Part shown: piece after piece, positions 61,767 through 64,000 of the stretch | How positions within the stretch are numbered: the stretch's first letter is position 1 | Layout: every line of letters starts with the position of its first letter | Notes under the pieces: generated by a model | What the model saw: the letters and a program-made list of their open reading frames with translations, nothing else | What the model was told of the DNA's origin: nothing | Databases searched by the model: none | Made by a program: the position numbers and the translations under genes | DNA from: Squalus acanthias | Lineage: Eukaryota | Direction of reading: 5' to 3' | NCBI GenBank assembly: GCA_030390025.1 | Contig: CM059425.1 | Location: forward strand, 169,944,001-170,008,000 | DNA length: 64,000 bases

Positions 61767-64000
61767 GGCCTAGAAATTCCTGTGCTCCAAAAACCTGCTG
61801 GTGTCACCATGGGCCGCAGTTAACGGCCTCCCGAATTAATAACACAGGCAGCACCGGTATTTTGGTGCTGCCTGCTAGTTTAAAATAGCGCAGCACTAAA
61901 CTTACTGTGTAAGACTGGTTTTCCACCGATACTCTCAGCAGGTGGCCCAATGACGCATGGCCGTAGTGTCCCTGGAGCAGGAACAGCGTTATCTTAAAGC
62001 TAGCCTGTCATTTTAGAAAGCAGTGTCGGGCCCTTAAAGGGGAACTGCCTTCTAAAATGGCAAAAAAAAAATCTTTTAAAAGTAGGCAGTTTTTAGTCCT
62101 TAGAGCTCAACTGCCTTCTGAAAAAAAAACATCAAAAATAATTCTGAAAAGGCAGTCTTCAGCTCTTAAAGCTGAATTGCCTTCCACACTTAAAAGAAAT
62201 GATAAAAGTGCTTCAGCACTAACACAATTGGCTCCACAAGCCACAGAAGGGGCAGCCAGGGTCTCGCATGCAGCACTCCAGCTTTATGCAGGGAGTCAAC
62301 ACTGGAAGAGAGGTCCTCTACCCACAGGAGCCAGGAGGCCCTCCAGAAAGAACGATGTGGGACCAGATCACCAAGGCCGTCACTGCCAGCATTGTTGCCC
62401 CCACCACCTGGCTCCAGTGCCCAAAGAAGTTTCATGACCACAGACCAGTAGTCAAGGTCAGTGAATGCATCTTCAAAAGCTATCTCCTACCAACTGCACC
62501 TCTAGCCTCGCACACTGTTCAATGCACGACCTCCCCCCACCCCACATCGCTCACCTATCAAAAACCTCTAGCAAACACGAGGCACACCTCCCATTCCTAG
62601 CTTATCCTCACCCCCTTGGAGGAGACGGTGCTGGCTATTCTTGGCAGGGTCATGGCTGAGCCCTTGGCCAGCGGCAGGGCTGAAAGGATACAAGATGCTG
62701 GTATCCTCATACATTATCCTTCTTCTGACATGCATCTCATGCTTTCCCATCCTCCCCTCACCACAACTCCACCCTTGTGCCTTCCTCATTTCACACACCC
62801 AAGAAATGCAGCCTGTTCAGCCAATGATTGACCAAGCAGAGCGAGAGGAGAGTGAAGAAGAAGTTGAAGAAATACCATCACTCGATTTCACACTCCCAGC
62901 CACCAGCTCCTCAAGGTCGTCCTGCAAGGCCATCTGCAGTGTCCCCCACTGAAAGTCAGTAGCCTTCCACCAGTCATGCTGCAGCCACTGAGGTAGCACT
63001 GCGTGACATCAGTAGGATAGGCAAAGGCACACACAATCCAGTCACTAAGAGAATGCATAAGGTTGATTAGTTGATGAATAGATGTATAAAGTTGGATTGG
63101 AAATGTTGCTTTGTGTTGGTTTTTATTTCAGCATTGTGGCCAAGAGGATGATGTGATGGTCAGTAATAGAAGGAAGGTAAGGTGTGGGACAAATGTTGAA
63201 AGGGGAATTGGAGTTGTGGTCACTGGTACCACAGGTGGATGATTCCATCCCAGATATCCCGGCCAGAAAGAGGCTGTCTGGGTTGCATCCTTCCTTCCGC
63301 TTCCTCCTCTTCTGCATCTTTCTCTTCTGCATCTTTCTCTTCTGTATCATCCTCTTCTGTGTCTTCTGCTTCTGCATCTTCCTCTTCTGCGCCTTTCTCT
63401 TCCTTCTGCAATCGGATGCTGTAAATCTGAAATAAAAACAGAAAGTGCTGGAAATACTCAGCAGTTCAGGCAGCATCTTGACCTGAGACGTGAACTCTGT
63501 TTCTCTCTCTACGGATGCTGCCTGACCTGCTGAGTATTTCCAGCATTTTCTATCTTTTCAGAGGCTTTCCTTTACCATCCGAGGCCTTGTAAGCATCCAT
63601 CAGCACTCCCTGTACTCTCTGCACACTTTAAAAACTTTTAACATCTATTGCACCAAGCCACTACTTCAATAAAATAAAAAAAACATCCAGTCCAGAAGCT
63701 TAAATGCAAACTTACCTGAAAGATGTGTGTGTGACTTTAAGTAGTGCTGACAGCGTCTCTGTCAGTCTGCTGCATGCTCGCTTTTCTGAGTGAGCTTAGG
63801 ACCCAGCGTTAAAGTCAGCGCAAAGGTCGAAGTTTGCAGAGTGTGGCGTCAATTCGGTGTTGCATGACGACCAACGTCACGCTCTGTTGTTTTGCATCTC
63901 TAGGGCCAGCACTGCAAACGGCAGCGTTATGATCCTCACTAAAATGGTGGTTACCGAGTCTCCGGCCAGAGGTGGGCGGAAGTGAGGCGGCTGCCATTTT
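61767..64000. mobile_element. Degenerate, internally deleted Harbinger transposon (may extend past the window)
   Basis: Terminus ggcctagaaattc; Myb exon remnant QCPKKFHD..VVK|gtcagt at 62410-62462; acidic transposase tail at 63220-63411 (-). Confidence 0.75.
63425..63560. mobile_element. Short fold-back element, probably the pLTR of a second PLE family
   Basis: agaaagtgctggaaatactcagcag..ggcagcatc / gatgctgcc..ctgctgagtatttccagcattttct; older relatives at ~1850-1885, 2610-2680, 3330-3380 and 6430-6560. Confidence 0.55.

Overview
Eukaryotic, repeat-dominated DNA. The TE families (HER1-like CR1 with esterase ORF1, L2, RTE, Deu-domain-like SINEs, Penelope, Harbinger) suggest a cartilaginous fish; this is an inference. 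No complete host gene is recognisable, only one good candidate 28-nt minus-strand exon (35997-36024), so the window may be a large intron. Contents: (1) nested TE clusters at 8.6-21.7 kb and 26-32 kb; (2) a very young, internally deleted Gypsy LTR element with identical 173-bp LTRs and no tRNA PBS; (3) a >=13.4-kb CpG-rich 21-bp satellite with higher-order duplications, running into a 500-N gap; (4) a near-intact Harbinger transposon (DDE transposase plus 3-exon Myb/SANT gene) and three ~890-bp non-autonomous relatives; (5) a 5'-truncated Penelope-like element (RT + GIY-YIG) and four short derivatives, three of them fold-back palindromes with TSDs. The strongest signal is in the Penelope family: seven copies of a minimal type-I hammerhead ribozyme motif whose variation respects the fold, including a compensatory base-pair change. 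All calls were made by eye and some element boundaries are approximate.
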